Of a stretch of 64,000 bases of DNA, positions 30,901-51,900 are shown piece after piece; position 1 is the first letter of the stretch, and the number at the start of each line of letters is the position of its first letter. The translations under genes and the position numbers were made by a program. This DNA is from Eledone cirrhosa (taxonomy: Eukaryota): NCBI GenBank assembly GCA_964016885.1, contig OZ024744.1, positions 45,694,001 to 45,758,000 of the forward strand, written 5' to 3'. Under the pieces are notes generated by a model that worked only from the letters and a program-made list of their open reading frames with translations, had not been told where the DNA came from and searched no databases.

Positions 30901-33900
30901 CCACATCACATTGCAATATACCACACCACACTGCAATATACCACAGCACACTACAATATATCACAATTAATACAATATACGACTCCACACTACAATATAT
31001 CACACTACAATATACCACTCCACACTACAATATATCTCACCACACTACAATATATCACACCACATTACAATATATTACATAACACTGCAATATACAACTC
31101 CACACTACACTATACAACTCCACACTACAATATACTACACCACACTACAATGTACCACATCACACTAAAATATACCACACTACACTATACCACACCACAC
31201 TACAATATAGCACACCCCACAACAATATATCACATTACACTACAAAATATCACACCACACTACAATATGCCACACCACACTACAATATACCACAACACAC
31301 TATAAAATATCACTCCACACTACAATATACCACACTATATCACGCAAACACTACAATATACCACACCACACTACAATATAGGACACTACACTGCAATATA
31401 CCACGTCCCATTACAATGTACCACACCACACTACAATATGCTAATCCATACTGCAATATATCACACTACACTACAATATACCACACCACACTACAATATA
31501 CCACACCACACTACAATATTCCACTCCACACAAGAATATCCCACTCCAGAGTACAATAAATCGAACCACACTACAATACATCACACTAAACTACAATATA
31601 CCACACCACAGTACAATATACCACTTCACACAACAATATACCACACCACACTACACTATACCACTCCACACTACAATATTCCACAAAACACTACAATATA
31701 CCACACCATACTACACTATACCACACCTCACTACACTATACCACACCATGCTACACTATATCCCTCCACACTAGAATATACCACACCACACTTAACTATA
31801 CCACTCCACACTACAATATACCACACCACACTGCAATATAGCACACCACACTAAAATATACCACACCACACTACAATATATCACACTACACTACAATATG
31901 CCACACCACACTGCAATATTCTACACCACACTACAATATACCACACCACGCAAAAATATACCACACCACACTACAATATATCACACTAAACTACAATATA
32001 CCACACCACAATACACTATACCACTCCACACTAAAATATACCTCACTACACTACAATATTTCCAACTACACTACAATATACCTTAAAACACTACAATATA
32101 CCACACCAGACAACAATATACCACTCCACACTACAATATATCAAACTACACTCCAATATATCACACCACACTACTATATATCAAACCACATTACAATATA
32201 TCACACCACACGACAATATACGAAACTACACTACAATATGCCTCTCCACACTACAATACACCACACCACACTACAATATACCACACCACACTACAATACA
32301 CCACACCACACTACAATATACCACACCACACTACAATATATCACACTAGACTACAATATATCATTCAACACTACAATATTCCACACACCACTAAAATATA
32401 CGACTCCAATCTACACTATACCACACCGCACTACAATATATCACACTACACTGCAATATACCACACCACATTAACATATACCACACCACACCACACTACA
32501 ATATACAACACCGCACTACAATATACCATAAAACACTACACTATACAATACCACACAACAATATACTACACCTGACTACAATATACCACACTACACTTCA
32601 ATATACCGCGTCACATTACAACGTACCACACCACACTACAATATGCTAATCCATACTGCAATATATCACACTACAATATACCACACCACACTACACTATA
32701 CCACACCACACTACAATATACCACTCCGCACTAGAATATCCAAATCCAGAGTACAATAAACCACACCACACTACAATATATCACAATAAACTACAAGATA
32801 ACATACCACATTACAATATACCACTTCACACAACAATATATCACACCACACTACAATATACCACACTAGAATACAATATACCACTCAACACTCATTTATA
32901 CCACACCACACTAAAATATACGACTCCAAACTACACTATACCACACCGCACTAGAATATATCACACTACACAGCAATATACCACACCACACTAAAATATA
33001 CCACACCACACTACAATATACCACACCGCACTACAATATACCATAAAACACTACACTATACCATACCACAATACAATATACCACACCTGACTACAATATA
33101 CCACTCAACACTACAATATATCAAACTACACTACAATATATCACACCACACTACAATATACGACTCCACTCTACACTATACCACACCAAACTACAATATA
33201 TCACACTACACTACAATATGCCACTCCCCACTACAATATACCACACCACACTTCAATATTCCAAAGCACACTACAATATACCACACCACACAACAATATA
33301 TCACACTAGACTACAATATACCACTCAACACTACAATATATCACTCTACACTACAATATAGCACTCCACACTAACATATACCACACCACACTACAATATA
33401 TCACATCACACTACACTATATCACATCACACTACAATATACCACACCAAACTACAATATATCACACTATACTACAATATACCACTCCACACTACAATATA
33501 TCACATTACATTTTACCACTCCACACTACAATATATAACACCACACTACAATATATCACACTACATTACAATATATCACACCACATTACAATATATTACA
33601 TAACACTGCAATATACAACTCCACACTACACTATACAACTCCACAATACAATATAATACACCACACTACAATGTACCACATCACACTAAATTATACCACA
33701 CCACACTACAACATATCCCACTACACTACAATATACCACATCACGTTGCAATATACCACAACACACTGCAATACACCACAGCACACTACAATATATCACA
33801 ATTAATACAATATACGACTCCACACTACAATATATCACACTACAATATACCACTCCACAGTACAATATATCACACCACACTACAATATATCTCACCACAC

Positions 33901-36900
33901 TACAATATATCACACCACATTACAATATATTACATAACACTGCAATATACAACTCCACACTACACTATACAACTCCACACTACAACATACTACACCACAC
34001 TACAATGTACCACATCACACTAAAATATACCACACTACACTATACCACACCACATTACAATATACCACACCGCACAACAATATATCACATTACACTACAT
34101 TATATCACACCACACTACAATATATCGACACTATTCTACACTATACCACTCCACGGTACAAGATATCACATCACACTACAGTATCCCACAAAACACTAGT
34201 ATATATCACACCACACTACAATATATCACATCATACTATAATATATGACACTAAACTACACTATATCACACCACACTACATTATGTCGACATTAATCTAC
34301 ACTATACCACTCCACGTTACAATATATCACAGCACACTACAATATGCCACACCACACAACAATATACCAGACCACACTACAGTATATCACATCATACTAG
34401 AATATATCACACTACATTGCAATATATCACAACACATTACAATATATTACATAACACTGCAATATACAACTACACACTACACTATACAAACCCACACTAC
34501 AATATACTACACCACACTACAATATACCACATCACACTACAATATACCACACCACACTACACTATACCACACCACACTACAATATACAACACCACACTAC
34601 AATATATCACATTACACTACACTATATCACAACACACTACAATATATCGACACTATTCTACACTATACCACTCCACGTTACAAGATATCACATCACACTA
34701 CAGTATCCCACAAAACACTTCTATATATCACTCCACACTACAATATACCACACCACACTATAATATATCACACTAAACTACAATATACCACACCACACTA
34801 CAACATACCACTTCACACAAAAATATACCACACCACATTACAATATATCCCACCACACTATAATATATCACACTACACTACAATATACCACACCACACTG
34901 CAATATACCACACCACACTACAATACACCACACCACACTACAATATACCACACCACACTACAAAATACCACTCCACAAGACAATATATCAAACTACACTG
35001 CAATATACCACACCACGCTACAGTATACCACACCACACTACACTATACAATACCAAACTACACTATGCCACTCCACACTACAATATACCACACGATACTA
35101 CACTATACCACACCTCACTACACTATACCAAAGCATATTATACTATATCCCTCCACACTAGAATATACCACACCACACTACAATATACCATACCACACTA
35201 AAATATATCACACCAAACTACAATATAACAGACCACACTACAATATATCACACTACACTACAATATATCACACTACACCTCAATTTACCACTCCACACTA
35301 CACTATATCACACCACACTACTATATATTAAACCACATTACAATATATCCCACGACACTACAATAAACCACTCCACACTACAATATAGCACACCACACTA
35401 CAATATACCACACCACACTACAATATACCAATCCACACTACAATATATCACACTAGACTACAACATACTACACCACACTACAATATATCACATCACAATA
35501 CACCATATCACATCACACTACAATATACCACACCACACTACAATATATGACACTATACTATAATATACCACTCCACACTACAATATATCACACTACACTC
35601 AATATACCACTCCACAGTACAATATATCACACCACACTACAATATATCACACTACATTACAATATATCACACACATTACAATATATTACATAACACTGCA
35701 ATATACAACTCCACATTACACTATACAACTCCACACTACAATATACTACGCCACACTACAATATACCACACACACACTACAATATACCACATCACACTAT
35801 TCTATACCACACCACACTACATTATATCAAAACACACTACAATATATCACATAATACTACAATATATCACATTACACTACACTATATCACACCACACTAC
35901 AATATATCCACACTACTCTACACTGTTGCACTCCATGTTACAATATATCACATCATACTACAATATACCACACCACACTACAATATATCACACCACACCA
36001 CACTATACCACTCCACACTATTTTATACCACTCCATACTACAATATATCGCACTGAACTTCAATATATCATACGACACTACAATATATCACTCTACACTG
36101 CACCATGCCACTCGATACTACAATATATCACATCATACTACATTATACCACCACCCTATAATATATCACACCCCACTAAAATATACCACACCACACTGCA
36201 ATATAACACACCACACTACATTATCCCACACCACACTACTATATATCACACCACACTACAATATACCACACCACACTACAATATATCACACCACACTAAA
36301 ATATACCACACTTTACCACTCCACACTACAATATACCACACCGCACTACAATATGCCACACCATACTACACTATACAACTCCACACTACAATATACCACA
36401 TCACACTAAAATATACCACACCACACTACAATATATCCCACTACACTACGATATACCACATCGCATTGCAATATAACACACCACACTGCAATATACCTCA
36501 GCACACTTTAAAACACCATACCACACTACAATATACCACACCACACTAAAATATTCCACACCACACTATAATATATCACACTACACTACAATATACCACA
36601 CCACACTGCAATATACCACACCACACTACAATACGCCTCACCACACTACAATATACCACACCACACTACAAAATACCACTCCACAAGACAATATATCATA
36701 CTACACTGCAATATACCACACCACTCTACACGATACCATACCAAACTACAATATACCACACCATACTACACTATATCCCTCCACACTACAATATACCACA
36801 CCACACTAAAATATACCACACGAAACTACAATATACCAGACCACACTACAATATATCAGACTACACTACAATATATCACACTACACTACAATATAACACT

Positions 36901-39900
36901 CCACACTACAATATATCACACCACACTACAATATACCGCACTACACTACAATATATCACACCACACTACTATATATGAAACCACATTACAATATATCACA
37001 CTACACTACAATAAACCACTCCTCACTACAATATAGCACACCACACTACAATATACCACACCACACTACACTAAAATATACCACTCCACACTACAATATA
37101 TCACACTAGACTACAATATACCACTCAACACTACAATATATCATTCTACACTACAAGATAGCACTCCACACTACAATATACCACACCACACTACAATATA
37201 TCACACTATACTATAATATACCACTCCACAATACAATATATCACACTACACTCAATATACCACTCCACAGTACAATATATCACACCACACTACAATATAT
37301 CACAGTACATTACAATATATCACACCACATTACAATATATTACATAACACTGCAATATACAACACCACATTACACTATACAAATCCACACTACAATATAC
37401 TACGCCACACAACAATATACCACATCACACTACAATATACCACACCACACTACACTATACCACACCACACTACATTATATCACACCACATTACAATATAT
37501 CACATCATACTACAATATATCACATTACACTACAATATATCACACCACACTACAATATATCGACACTACTCTAAACTATTGCACTCCATGTTACAATATA
37601 TCACATCATACTACAATATACCACACCACACTACAATATATCACACCACACCACACTATACCACTCCACACTACACTATACCACTCCATACTACAATATA
37701 TCGCACTGAACTTCAATATATCACACTACACTGCACCATGCCACTCCAAACTACAATATGTCACATCATACTACATTATACCACCACCCTATAATATAAC
37801 ACACCCGACTAAATATATACCACACCACACTACAATATAACACACCACACTACTGTATCCCACACCACACTACTATATATCACAGCACACTACAATATAC
37901 CACACCACACTACAATATACCACAAAACACTAGAATATCCTACTCCACACTACAATAAACCACACCACACTACAATATATCACACTAAACTACAATATAC
38001 CACACCACACTACACTATACCACTCCACACTACAATATCCCACACCACACTACAAAATACCACACCACACTACACTATACCACTCCACACTACAATATAT
38101 CAAACTACATTACACTATACCAGACCAGACTACAATATACCACATCACAATACAATAGCATGCCACACTACAATATACCACACTACACTACAATAAACCA
38201 CACCACACTAAAATATACCACACCACACTACAATATACCAGACCACACTACACTACAATATATCACACTACACTACAATATACCACTCCACACTACAATA
38301 TATCACAACACACTACTATATATCAAACCACATTACCATATATCACACTACACTACAATATACCACTCCACACTACAATATACCACACAAACACTACAAT
38401 ATATCACACTACACTACAATATATTACTCCACACTACAATATATCAAACTACGCTGCACTATACCAGACCTCACTACAATATACCACATCACAATACACT
38501 AAACCATACCACACTACAATATACCACACCACACTACAATATACCAGGCCACACTACAATATACCACACTACACTACACTATACCACTCCGCACTACAAT
38601 ATACCACACCACACTACAATATACCACACCATACTACACTATATCCCTCCACACTAGAATATACCACACCACACTACAATATATCACACTACACAACAAT
38701 ATACCACACCACACTACAATATACCACACTACACTACACTATATCACAACACACTACTATATATCAAACCATATTACAATATATCACACTACACTACAAT
38801 ATACCACACCACACTTCAATATACCACACCACACTACAATAAATCACACTATACTGCAATATACCACTCAACACTACAATATACCACACCACACTACAAT
38901 ATATCACACTACACTACAATATACCACTGCACACTACAATATATCAAATTACAATTAACCACTCCACAGTACAATATATCACACCACACTACAATATATC
39001 ACAATACATTACAATATATCACACCACTTTACAATATATTACATAACACTGCAATATACAACTCCACACTACACTATACAACTCCACACTACAATATACT
39101 ACACCACACTAAAATATACCACATCACACATTACAATATATCACATCACATTACAATATATCACACCACACTACAATATATCACATCATACTGCAATATA
39201 TCACATTACATTACACTATATCACACCACACTATAATATATCACACTACACTACAATATACCACACCACACAACAATATACCACTTCAAACAACACTATA
39301 CCATAGCCCACTACACTATGCCTCTCCACACTACAATATACCACACCGCACTACAATATACCACACCATACTAGACTATACCACACCAGACTACACTATA
39401 CTACACCATTCTACAATATACCACTCCATACTACAATATATCGCACTGAACTTCAATATATCATACGACACTACAATATATCACACTACACTGCACCATA
39501 CCACTCCACCCTACAATATATCACATCATACTACATTATACCACCACCCTATAATATATCACACCGGATTAAAATATACCACACCACATTACTATATATC
39601 ACAACACACAACAACATACCACACCACATTATATAATATCACTCCACACTACAATATACCACACTTTATCACGCCACACTACAATATAACACACCACACT
39701 ACACTACAATATACCACACCACACTACAATGTACCACACCACACTACAATATACCACTCAACACGACAATATATCAAACTACACTGCAATATACCACACC
39801 ACACGACAATATACCACACCACACTACACTATACCATACCACACTACAATATACCACACCAGACTACAATATACTACTCCAAACTACAATATATCAAACT

Positions 39901-42900
39901 ACACTACAATATACCACACCACACTACAATATACGATTTCACTCTACACTATACCACACCACTCTACAATATATCACACTACACTACAATATACCACACC
40001 ACACTACAATATACCAGACCACACTACAATATTTCACACTACACTACAATATATCACAGTACACTACACTATGCCACACTACACTACAATATACCGCACC
40101 ACACTACACTATAGCGCACCACACTACAGCATTCATTAGATTAACATATGGCAAAACACGCTACTATATATCACACAGAACACTGCATTATAGAACACCA
40201 CACTACAATATACCACACCACACTACACAATAGTACACCACACTACAATATACCACATTCAACTACAGTATAACACGGCAAAGAGCAGTATACCACAACA
40301 CATTACAATATAACATACCGCACTACAATATACCACACCTCCCCATAATAAACCATACCACAATATAATACACTACACCACTCTACAATATATCACATCA
40401 CACTACACTATAGCACATCACACTAAAATATACCACACTACAATATACAATATATCACACTATACTACAATATACCACTCCACACTACACTACAATATAT
40501 TGCACTGTACTTCAATATATCATACCACACTAAAATATATCACACTACAGTATATGACACTACACTACAATATATCACATCATACTACAGTATACCACCA
40601 CACTACAATATATCACACCGCACTACAATATACCACATCACACTACAATATACCACACCACACTACCGTATACCACACCACATTACAATATACCACACCA
40701 CACTACAATATACCACACCGCACTCTAAAATATCACTCCACACTACAATATACCAAACTATATCACGCCACACTACAATATACCACACCATACTACACTA
40801 TACCACACTACACTACAATATACCACACCACACTACACTATACCATACGACACTACAATATACCACACCAGACTACAATAAACCACTGCACACTACAATA
40901 TATCAAACAAACACTACAATATACCACACCACACTACAATGTACGATTCCACCCTACACTATACCACACCACACTACAATATATCTCACTATATTACAAT
41001 ATACCACACCACACTAAAATATACCACACCACACTACAATATACCAGTCCACACTACAATATATCACACTACACTACAATATATCAAACTACACTACAAT
41101 ATACCACACCACACTACGATATACGACTCCACTCTACACTATACCAGACCACACTACAATATATCACACTACACTACAATATACCACAACACACTAAAAT
41201 ATACCACACCACACTTCAATATACCAGACCACACTACAATATATCACACTACATTACAATATATCACAATACACTACAATATACCACTCCACACTACAAT
41301 ATATCACACCACAGTAAAATATACCACAGCACACTACAATATACCACACCACACTACAATATATCACACTACAATATACCAATCCACACTATAATATATC
41401 GCACTAGACTACAATATATCACTCTACACTACAATATACCACTCCACACTACAATATACCACACCACACTACAATATATCACATCACACTACACTATATC
41501 ACATCACACTATACTACAATATACCACACCACACTACAATATACCAGACCACACTACAATATATCACACTACACTACAACATACCACTCCACACTACAAT
41601 ATATCAGACTGTACTTCAATATATCATACCACACTACACTACAATATATCACACCGCACTACAATATACCACACCACACTACCGTATCCCACACCACCCT
41701 ACTATATATCACACCACACTACAATATACAACACCACACTACAATATACCACACCACACTAGAAAATATCACTCCACACTAAAATATACCACACTATATC
41801 ACGCCACACTACAATATACCACACCACACTACAATATACCACACTACACTACAATATACCACATCACACTACAATATACCACACCACACTACGATATGCT
41901 AATCCATATTGCAATATATCATACTACACTACAATATACCACACCACACTACAATATACCACAATACACTATAATATACCACTCCACACTACAATATACC
42001 ACACCACACTACTATATACCACACCATACTACAATATACCACAACACACTACAACATACCGTCCACACTACAATATCCCACTCCACACTACAATATACCA
42101 CACTACAATATATCACACTAAACAACAATATACCACACCACACTACAATATACCACTTCACACAACAATAAACCGCACCACACTACAATATACCACTCCG
42201 CACTGTATTATACCACACCACTCTACAATATACCACACCATACTACACTATATCCCTCTACACTAGAATATACCACACCACACTACAATATACCTCTCCA
42301 CACTACACTATATCCCTCCACACTAGAATATACCATACCACACTACAATATACCTCTCCAAACTACAATATTCCAAACCACACTACACTACAATATATCC
42401 CACTACACTACACTATACCACATCGCAATGCAGTATAGCACACTACACTGCAAAATACCACACCACACTAGAATACACCACACTACACTACAATATACCA
42501 CACCACACTAAAATATACCACACCACCCTACGATATATCACACTACAATATACCACTCCAAACGACAATATATACAACTACACTGCAATATACCACACCA
42601 CACTATAATATACCACACCACACTACACTATACGATACGACACCACAATATACTACTGCACACTACAATATATCAAACAAACACTACAATATACCACAGC
42701 ACACTACAATATACCACACCACACTACAATATATCACACTACAATATACCAATCCACACTACAATATATCGCACTAGACTACAATATATCACTCTACACT
42801 ACGATATACAACTCCACACTACAATATAACACACCACACTACAATATATCACATCACACTACACTATATCACATCACACTACAATATACCACAACAAAAC

Positions 42901-45900
42901 TACATTATACAATATATTACACTATACTACAATATACCAACCTACACTACAATATACCAGACCACACTACAATATATCACACTACACTACAATATACCAC
43001 AACGCATTAAATATACCACACCACGCTACAATATACCACACCACACTACAATATATCACACTACAATATACCAATCCACACTACAATATATCACACTAGA
43101 CTACAATATACCACTCAACACTACAATATATCATTCTACACTACAATATACCACTCCACACTACAATATACCACACCACACTTCAATATATCACATCACA
43201 CTACACTATATCACATCACACTACAATATACCACACCACACAACATTATACAATATATCACACTATACTACAATATACCACTCAACACTACAATATATCA
43301 CACTACACTACAATATACCACTCCACACTAAAATATATCGGACTGTATGTCAATATATCATACCACACTACACTACTATATATCACACCGCACTACAATA
43401 TACCACACCACACTACAATATACCACAACACACTACAATATACCACTCCACACTACAATATCCCACTCCACACTACAATATACCACACTACAATATATCA
43501 CACTAAACAACAATATACCACACCACACTACAATATACCACTTCACACAACAATAAACCACACCACACTACACTATACCACTCCGCACTACAATATACCA
43601 CACCACACTACAATATACCACACCATACTACACTATATCCCTCCACACTAGAATATACTACACTACACTACACTATATCACAACACACTACTATATATCA
43701 AACCATATTACAATATATCACACTACACTACAATATGCCACTCCCCACTACAATATACCACACCACACTTCAATATACCACACCACACTATAATAAATCA
43801 CACTACACTGCAATATACCACTCAACACTACACTATACCACATCACACTACAATATACCACTCCACACTACAATATATCACTCTACAATATACCACACCA
43901 CACTACAATATATCACACTATACTACAATATACCACTGCACACTACAATATATCAAATTACAATTAACCACTCCACAGTACAATATATCACACCACACTA
44001 CAATATATCACACTACATTACAATATATCACACCACATTACAATATATTACATAACACTGCAATATACAACTCCACACTACACTATACAACTCCACACTA
44101 CAATATACTACACCACACTAAAATATACCACATCACACATTACAATATATCACACCACATTACAATATATCACACAACACTACAATATATCACATCATAC
44201 TGCAATATATCACATTACATTACACTATATCACACCACACTATAATATATCACAATACACTACAATATACCACACCACACAACAATATACCACTTCAAAC
44301 AACACTATACCATAGCCCACTGCACTATGCCTCTCCACACTACAATATACCACACCGCACTACAATATACCACACCATACTAGACTATACCACACCAGAC
44401 TACACTATACTACACCATTCTACAATATACCACTCCATACTACAATATATCGCACTGAACTTCAATATATTATACGACACTACAATATATCACACTACAC
44501 TGCACCATACCACTCCACCCTACAATACATCACATCATACTACATTATACCACCACCCTATAATATATCACACCGGATTAAAATATACCACACCACATTA
44601 CTATATATCACAACACACAACAACATACCACACCACATTATATAATATCACTCCACACTACAATATACCACACTTTATCACGCCACACTACAATATAACA
44701 CACCACACTACACTACAATATACCACGTCACACTACAATGTACCACACCACATTACAATATGCTAATCCATACTGCAATATATCACACTACACTACAATA
44801 TACCACACCACACTACAATATACCACACCACACTACAATATACCACTCCACACTAGAATATCCCACTCCACACTACAAAATACCTCACCACACTACAATA
44901 TATCACACTAAGCTACAATATACCACACCACAGTACAATATACAACTTCACACAACAATATACCACACCACTCTACACTGAACCAGTACACACTACAATA
45001 TCCCACACCACACTACAATATACCACACCACACTACACTATACCACATCATACTACACTATATCCCTCCACACTAGAATATACCACACCACACTATAATA
45101 TACCACTCCACACTACAATATACCACACCACGCTAAGATATACCACACCGCACTACAATATATCCCACTACACTACAATATACCACATCACATTGCAATA
45201 TACCACATCACCCAGCAATATACCATACCACACTAGAATACACCACTCTACAATATACCACACCAAACTACAATATAACACTCCACACTACAATATATAA
45301 AACAAACACTACACTATACCACACCACACTAAAATATACGATTCCACTCTACACTATACCACACCACACTACAATATATCACACTATACTACAATATACC
45401 ACACCACACTAAAATATACCACACCACACAACAATATACCAGACCACACTACAATATATCAAACTACACTACAATATACCACACCACAGTACGATATACG
45501 ACTACACTCTACACTATACCACACCACACTACAATATATCACACTACACTACAATATACCACAATACACTAAAATATACCACACCACACTACACTATACC
45601 AGACCACACTACAATATATCACACCACACTAAAATATACAACAGCACACTACATCATACCACACCACACTACAATATATCACACTACAATATACCAATCC
45701 ACACTACAATATACCATTCCACACTACAATATATCACACTACACTACAATATATCACTCTACACTACAATATACCACTCCACACTACAATATACCACACC
45801 ACACTACAATATATCACATCACACCACACTATATCACATTACACTACAATATACCACACCACACTACAATATACAATATATCACACTATACTACAATATA

Positions 45901-48900
45901 CCACTCCACACTACAATATATCACACTACACTACAATATACCACACCACACTACTATATACAATACATCACCCTATACTACAATATACCACACCACACTA
46001 CAATATACCAGGCCACACTACAATATATCACACTAGACTACAATATACCACGCAACACTACAATATATCACTCTACACTACAATATACCACTCAACACTA
46101 CAATATACCACTTCACACTATATTATACCACACCACATAACAATATACCACACCATACTACACTATGCCACACCATACTACACTATATCCCTCCACACTA
46201 GAATATACCACACCACACTACAATATACCCCTCCACACTACAATATACCAAACCACACTACACTACAATATATCCCACTACACTACACTATACCACATCG
46301 CATTGCAGTATACCGCGTTACACTGCAATATACCACATCACACTAGAATACACCACACCACACTACAATGTACCACACCACACTACAATATACTACTCAA
46401 CACGACAATATATCAAACTACACTGCAATATACCACACCACACTACAATATACCACACCACACTACACTATATCATACCACACTACAATATACCACACCA
46501 GGCTACAATTTACTACTCCACACTACAATATATCAAATTACACTACAATATACCACACCACACTACAATATACGATTTAACTCTACACTATACCACACCA
46601 CTCTACAATATATCACACTACACTACAATATACCACTCCACACTAAAATATACCACTCCACACAACAATATACCAGACCACACTACAATATTTCACACTA
46701 CACTACAATATATCACAATACACTACACTATACCACACTACACTACAATATACCGCCCCACACTACACTATAGTACACCACACTACAGCATTCATTAGAT
46801 TAACATATGGCAAAACACACTACTATATATCACACAGAACACTGCATTATAGAACACCACACTACAATATACCACACCACACTACACAATAGTACACCAC
46901 ACTACAGTAAACCACATCCGACTACAGTATAACACGGCAAAGAGCAGTATACCACAACACATTACAATATAACATACCGCACTACAATATACCACACCTC
47001 ACTATAATATACCATACCACAATATAATACACCACACCACTCTACAATATATCACATCACACTACACTATAGCACATCACACTAAAATATACCACACTAC
47101 AATATACAATATATCAAACTATACTACAATATACCACTCCACACTACACTACAATATATTGCACTGTACTTCAATATATCATACCACACTAAAATATATC
47201 ACACTACATTACAATATATGACACTACACAACAATATATCACATCATACTACAGTATACCACCACACTACAATATATCACATCGCACTACAATATACCAC
47301 ATCACACTACAATATACCACACCACACTACCGTATCCCACACCACACTACAATATACCACACCACACTACAATATACCACACCACACTCTAAAATATCAC
47401 TCCACACTACAATATACCAAACTATATCACGCCACACTACAATATACCACACCATACTACACTATACCACACTACACTACAATATACCACACCACACTAC
47501 ACTATACCATAAGACACTACAATATACCACACCAGACTACAATATACCACTGCACACTACAATATATCAAACAAACACTACAATATACCACACCACACTA
47601 CAATATACGATTCCACTCTACACTATACCACACCACGCTACAATATATCACACTACACTACAATATACCACACCACACTAAAATATATCACACCACACTA
47701 CAATATACCAGACCGCACTACAATATATCACACTACATTACAATATATCACACTACACTACAATATACCACTCCACACTACCATATATCACACCACACTA
47801 AAATATACCACAGCACACTACAATATACCACACCACACTACAATATATCACACTACAATATACCAATCCACACTACAATATACCACACCACACTACAATA
47901 TATCACATCACACTACACTATATCACATCACACTACAATATACCACACCACACTACAATATACAATATATCACACTATACTACACTATACCACTCCACAC
48001 TACATTATACCACACCACACAACAATATATCACAACATACTACACTATACCACACCACACTACACTATGCCACACCATACTACACTATATCCCTCCACAC
48101 TAGAATATACCACACCACACTACAATATACCCCTCCACACTACAATATACCAAACCACACTAAACTACAATATATCCCACTACACTACACTATACCACAT
48201 CGCATTGCAGTATACCACACTACACTGCAATATACCATATCACACTAGAATACACCACACCACACTACAATATACCACACCAAACTAAAATATACCACAC
48301 CAACCTAAAATATACCACTCCACACGACAATATATCAAACTACACTGCAATATACCAAACCACACTACACTATACCATACCACACTACAATATACCACAC
48401 CACACTACAATATACGACACCACTCCACACTATACCACACCACTCTACAATATATCACACTACACTACAATATACCACACCACACTGCAATATACGACAC
48501 CACGCTACAATACACCACACCACACTACAATGTACCACACCACAATATACCACTCAACACGACAATATATCAAACTACACTGCAATATACCACACCACAC
48601 GACAATATACCACACCACACTACACTATACCATACCACACTACAATATACCACACCAGACTACAATATACTACTCCAAACTACAATATATCAAACTACAC
48701 TACAATATACCACACCACACTACAATATACGATTTCACTCTACACTATACCACACCACTCTACAATATATCACACTACACTACAATATACCACACCACAC
48801 TACAATATACCAGACCACACTACAATATTTCACACTACACTACAATATATCACAGTACACTACACTATGCCACACTACACTACAATATACCGCACCACAC

Positions 48901-51900
48901 TACACTATAGCACACCATACTACAGCATTCATTAGATTAACATATGGCAAAACACGCTACTATATATCACACAGAACACTGCATTATAGAACACCACACT
49001 ACAATATACCACACCACACTACACAATAGTACACCACACTACAATATACCACATTCAACTACAGTATAACACGGCAAAGAGCAGTATACCACAACACATT
49101 ACAATATAACATACCGCACTACAATATACCACACCTCCCCATAATAAACCATACCACAATATAATACACCACACCACTCTACAATATATCACATCACACT
49201 ACACTATAGCACATCACACTAAAATATACCACACTACAATATACAATATATCACACTATACTACAATATACCACTCCACACTACACTACAATATATTGCA
49301 CTGTACTTCAATATATCATACCACACTAAAATATATCACACTACACTACAGTATATGACACTACACTACAATATATCACATCATACTACTGTATACCACC
49401 ACACTACAATATATCACACCGCACTACAATATACCACATCACACTACAATATACCACACCACACTACCGTATCCCACACCACACTACAATATACCACACC
49501 ACACTACAATATAACACACCACACTACACTATACCATACGACACTACAATATACCACACCAGACTACAATATACCACTGCACACTACAATATATCAAACA
49601 AACACTACAATATACCACACCACACTACAATGTACGATTCCACTCTACACTATACCACACCACACTACAATATATCTCACTATATTACAATATACCACAC
49701 CACACTAAAATATACCACACCACACTACAATATACCAGTCCACACTACAATATATCACACTACACTACAATATATCAAACTACACTACAATATACCACAC
49801 CACACTACGATATACGACTCCACTCTACACTATACCACACCACACTACAATATATCTCACTATATTACAATATACCACCCCACACTAAAATATACCACAC
49901 CACACTACAATATACCAGTCCACACTACAATATATCACACTACACTACAATATATCAAACTACACTACAATATACCACTCCACACTACAATATATCACAC
50001 CACAGTAAAATATACCACAGCACACTACAATATACCACACCACACTACAATATATCACACTACAATATACCAATCCACACTATAATATATCGCACTAGAC
50101 TACAATATATCACTCTACACTACAATATACCACTCCACACTACAATATACCACACCACACTACAATATATCACATCACACTACACTATATCACATCACAC
50201 TACAATATACGACACCACACTACAATATACAATATATCACACTATACTACAATATACCACACCACACTACAATATACCAGACCACACTACAATATATCAC
50301 ACTACACTCCAACATACCACTCCACACTACAATATATCAGACTGTACTTCAATATATCATACCACACTACACTACAATATATCAAACTACACTACAATAT
50401 ACCACACCACACTACGATATACGACTCCACTCTACACTATACCAGACCACACTACAATATATCACACTACACTACAATATACCACAACACACTAAAATAT
50501 ACCACACCACACTTGAATATACCAGACCACACTACAATATATCACACTACATTACAATATATCACAATACACTACAATATACCACTCCACACTACAATAT
50601 ATCACACCACAGTAAAATATACCACAGCACACTACAATATACCACACCACACTACAATATATCACACTACAATATACCAATCCACACTATAATATATCGC
50701 ACTAGACTACAATATATCACTCTACACTACAATATACCACTCCACACTACAATATACCACACCACACTACAATATATCACATCACACTACACTATATCAC
50801 ATCACACTACAATATACGACACCACACTACAATATACAATATATCACACTATACTACAATATACCACACCACACTACAATATACCAGACCACACTACAAT
50901 ATATCACACTACACTACAACATACCACTCCACACTACAATATATCAGACTGTACTTCAATATATCATACCACACTACACTACAATATATCACACCGCACT
51001 ACAATATACCACACCACACTACCGTATCCCACACCACAATACTATATATCATACCACACTACAATATACAACACCACACTACAATATACCACACCACACT
51101 AGAAAGTATCACTCCACACTAAAATATACCACACTGTATCACGCCACACTACAATATACCACACCACACTACAATATACCACACTACACTACAATATACC
51201 ACATCACACTACAATATACCACACCACACTACGATATGCTAATCCATATTGCAATATATCACACTACACTGCAATATACCACACCCCACTACAATATACC
51301 ACAATACACTATAATATACCACTCCACACTACAATATACCACACCACACTACTATATACCACAACATACTACAATATACCACAACACACTACAATATACC
51401 GCTCCACACTACAATATCCCACTCCACTCTACAATATACCACACTACAATATATCACACTAAACAACAATATACCACACCACACTACAATATACCACTTC
51501 ACACAACAATAAAGCACACCACACTACAATATACCACTCCGCACTGCACTATACCAGACCACTCTACAATATACCACACCATACTACACTATATCCCTCC
51601 ACACTAGAATATACCACACCACACTACAATATACCTCTCCACACTACACTATATCCCTCCACACTAGAATATACCACACCACACTACAATATACCTCTCC
51701 AAACTACAATATACCAAACCACACTACACTACAATATATCCCACTACACTACACTATACCACATCGCATTGCAGTATAGCACACTACACTGCAATATACC
51801 ACACCACACTAGAATACACCACACTACACTACAATATACCACACCACACTAAAATATACCACACCACCCTACGATATATCACACTACAATATACCACTCC

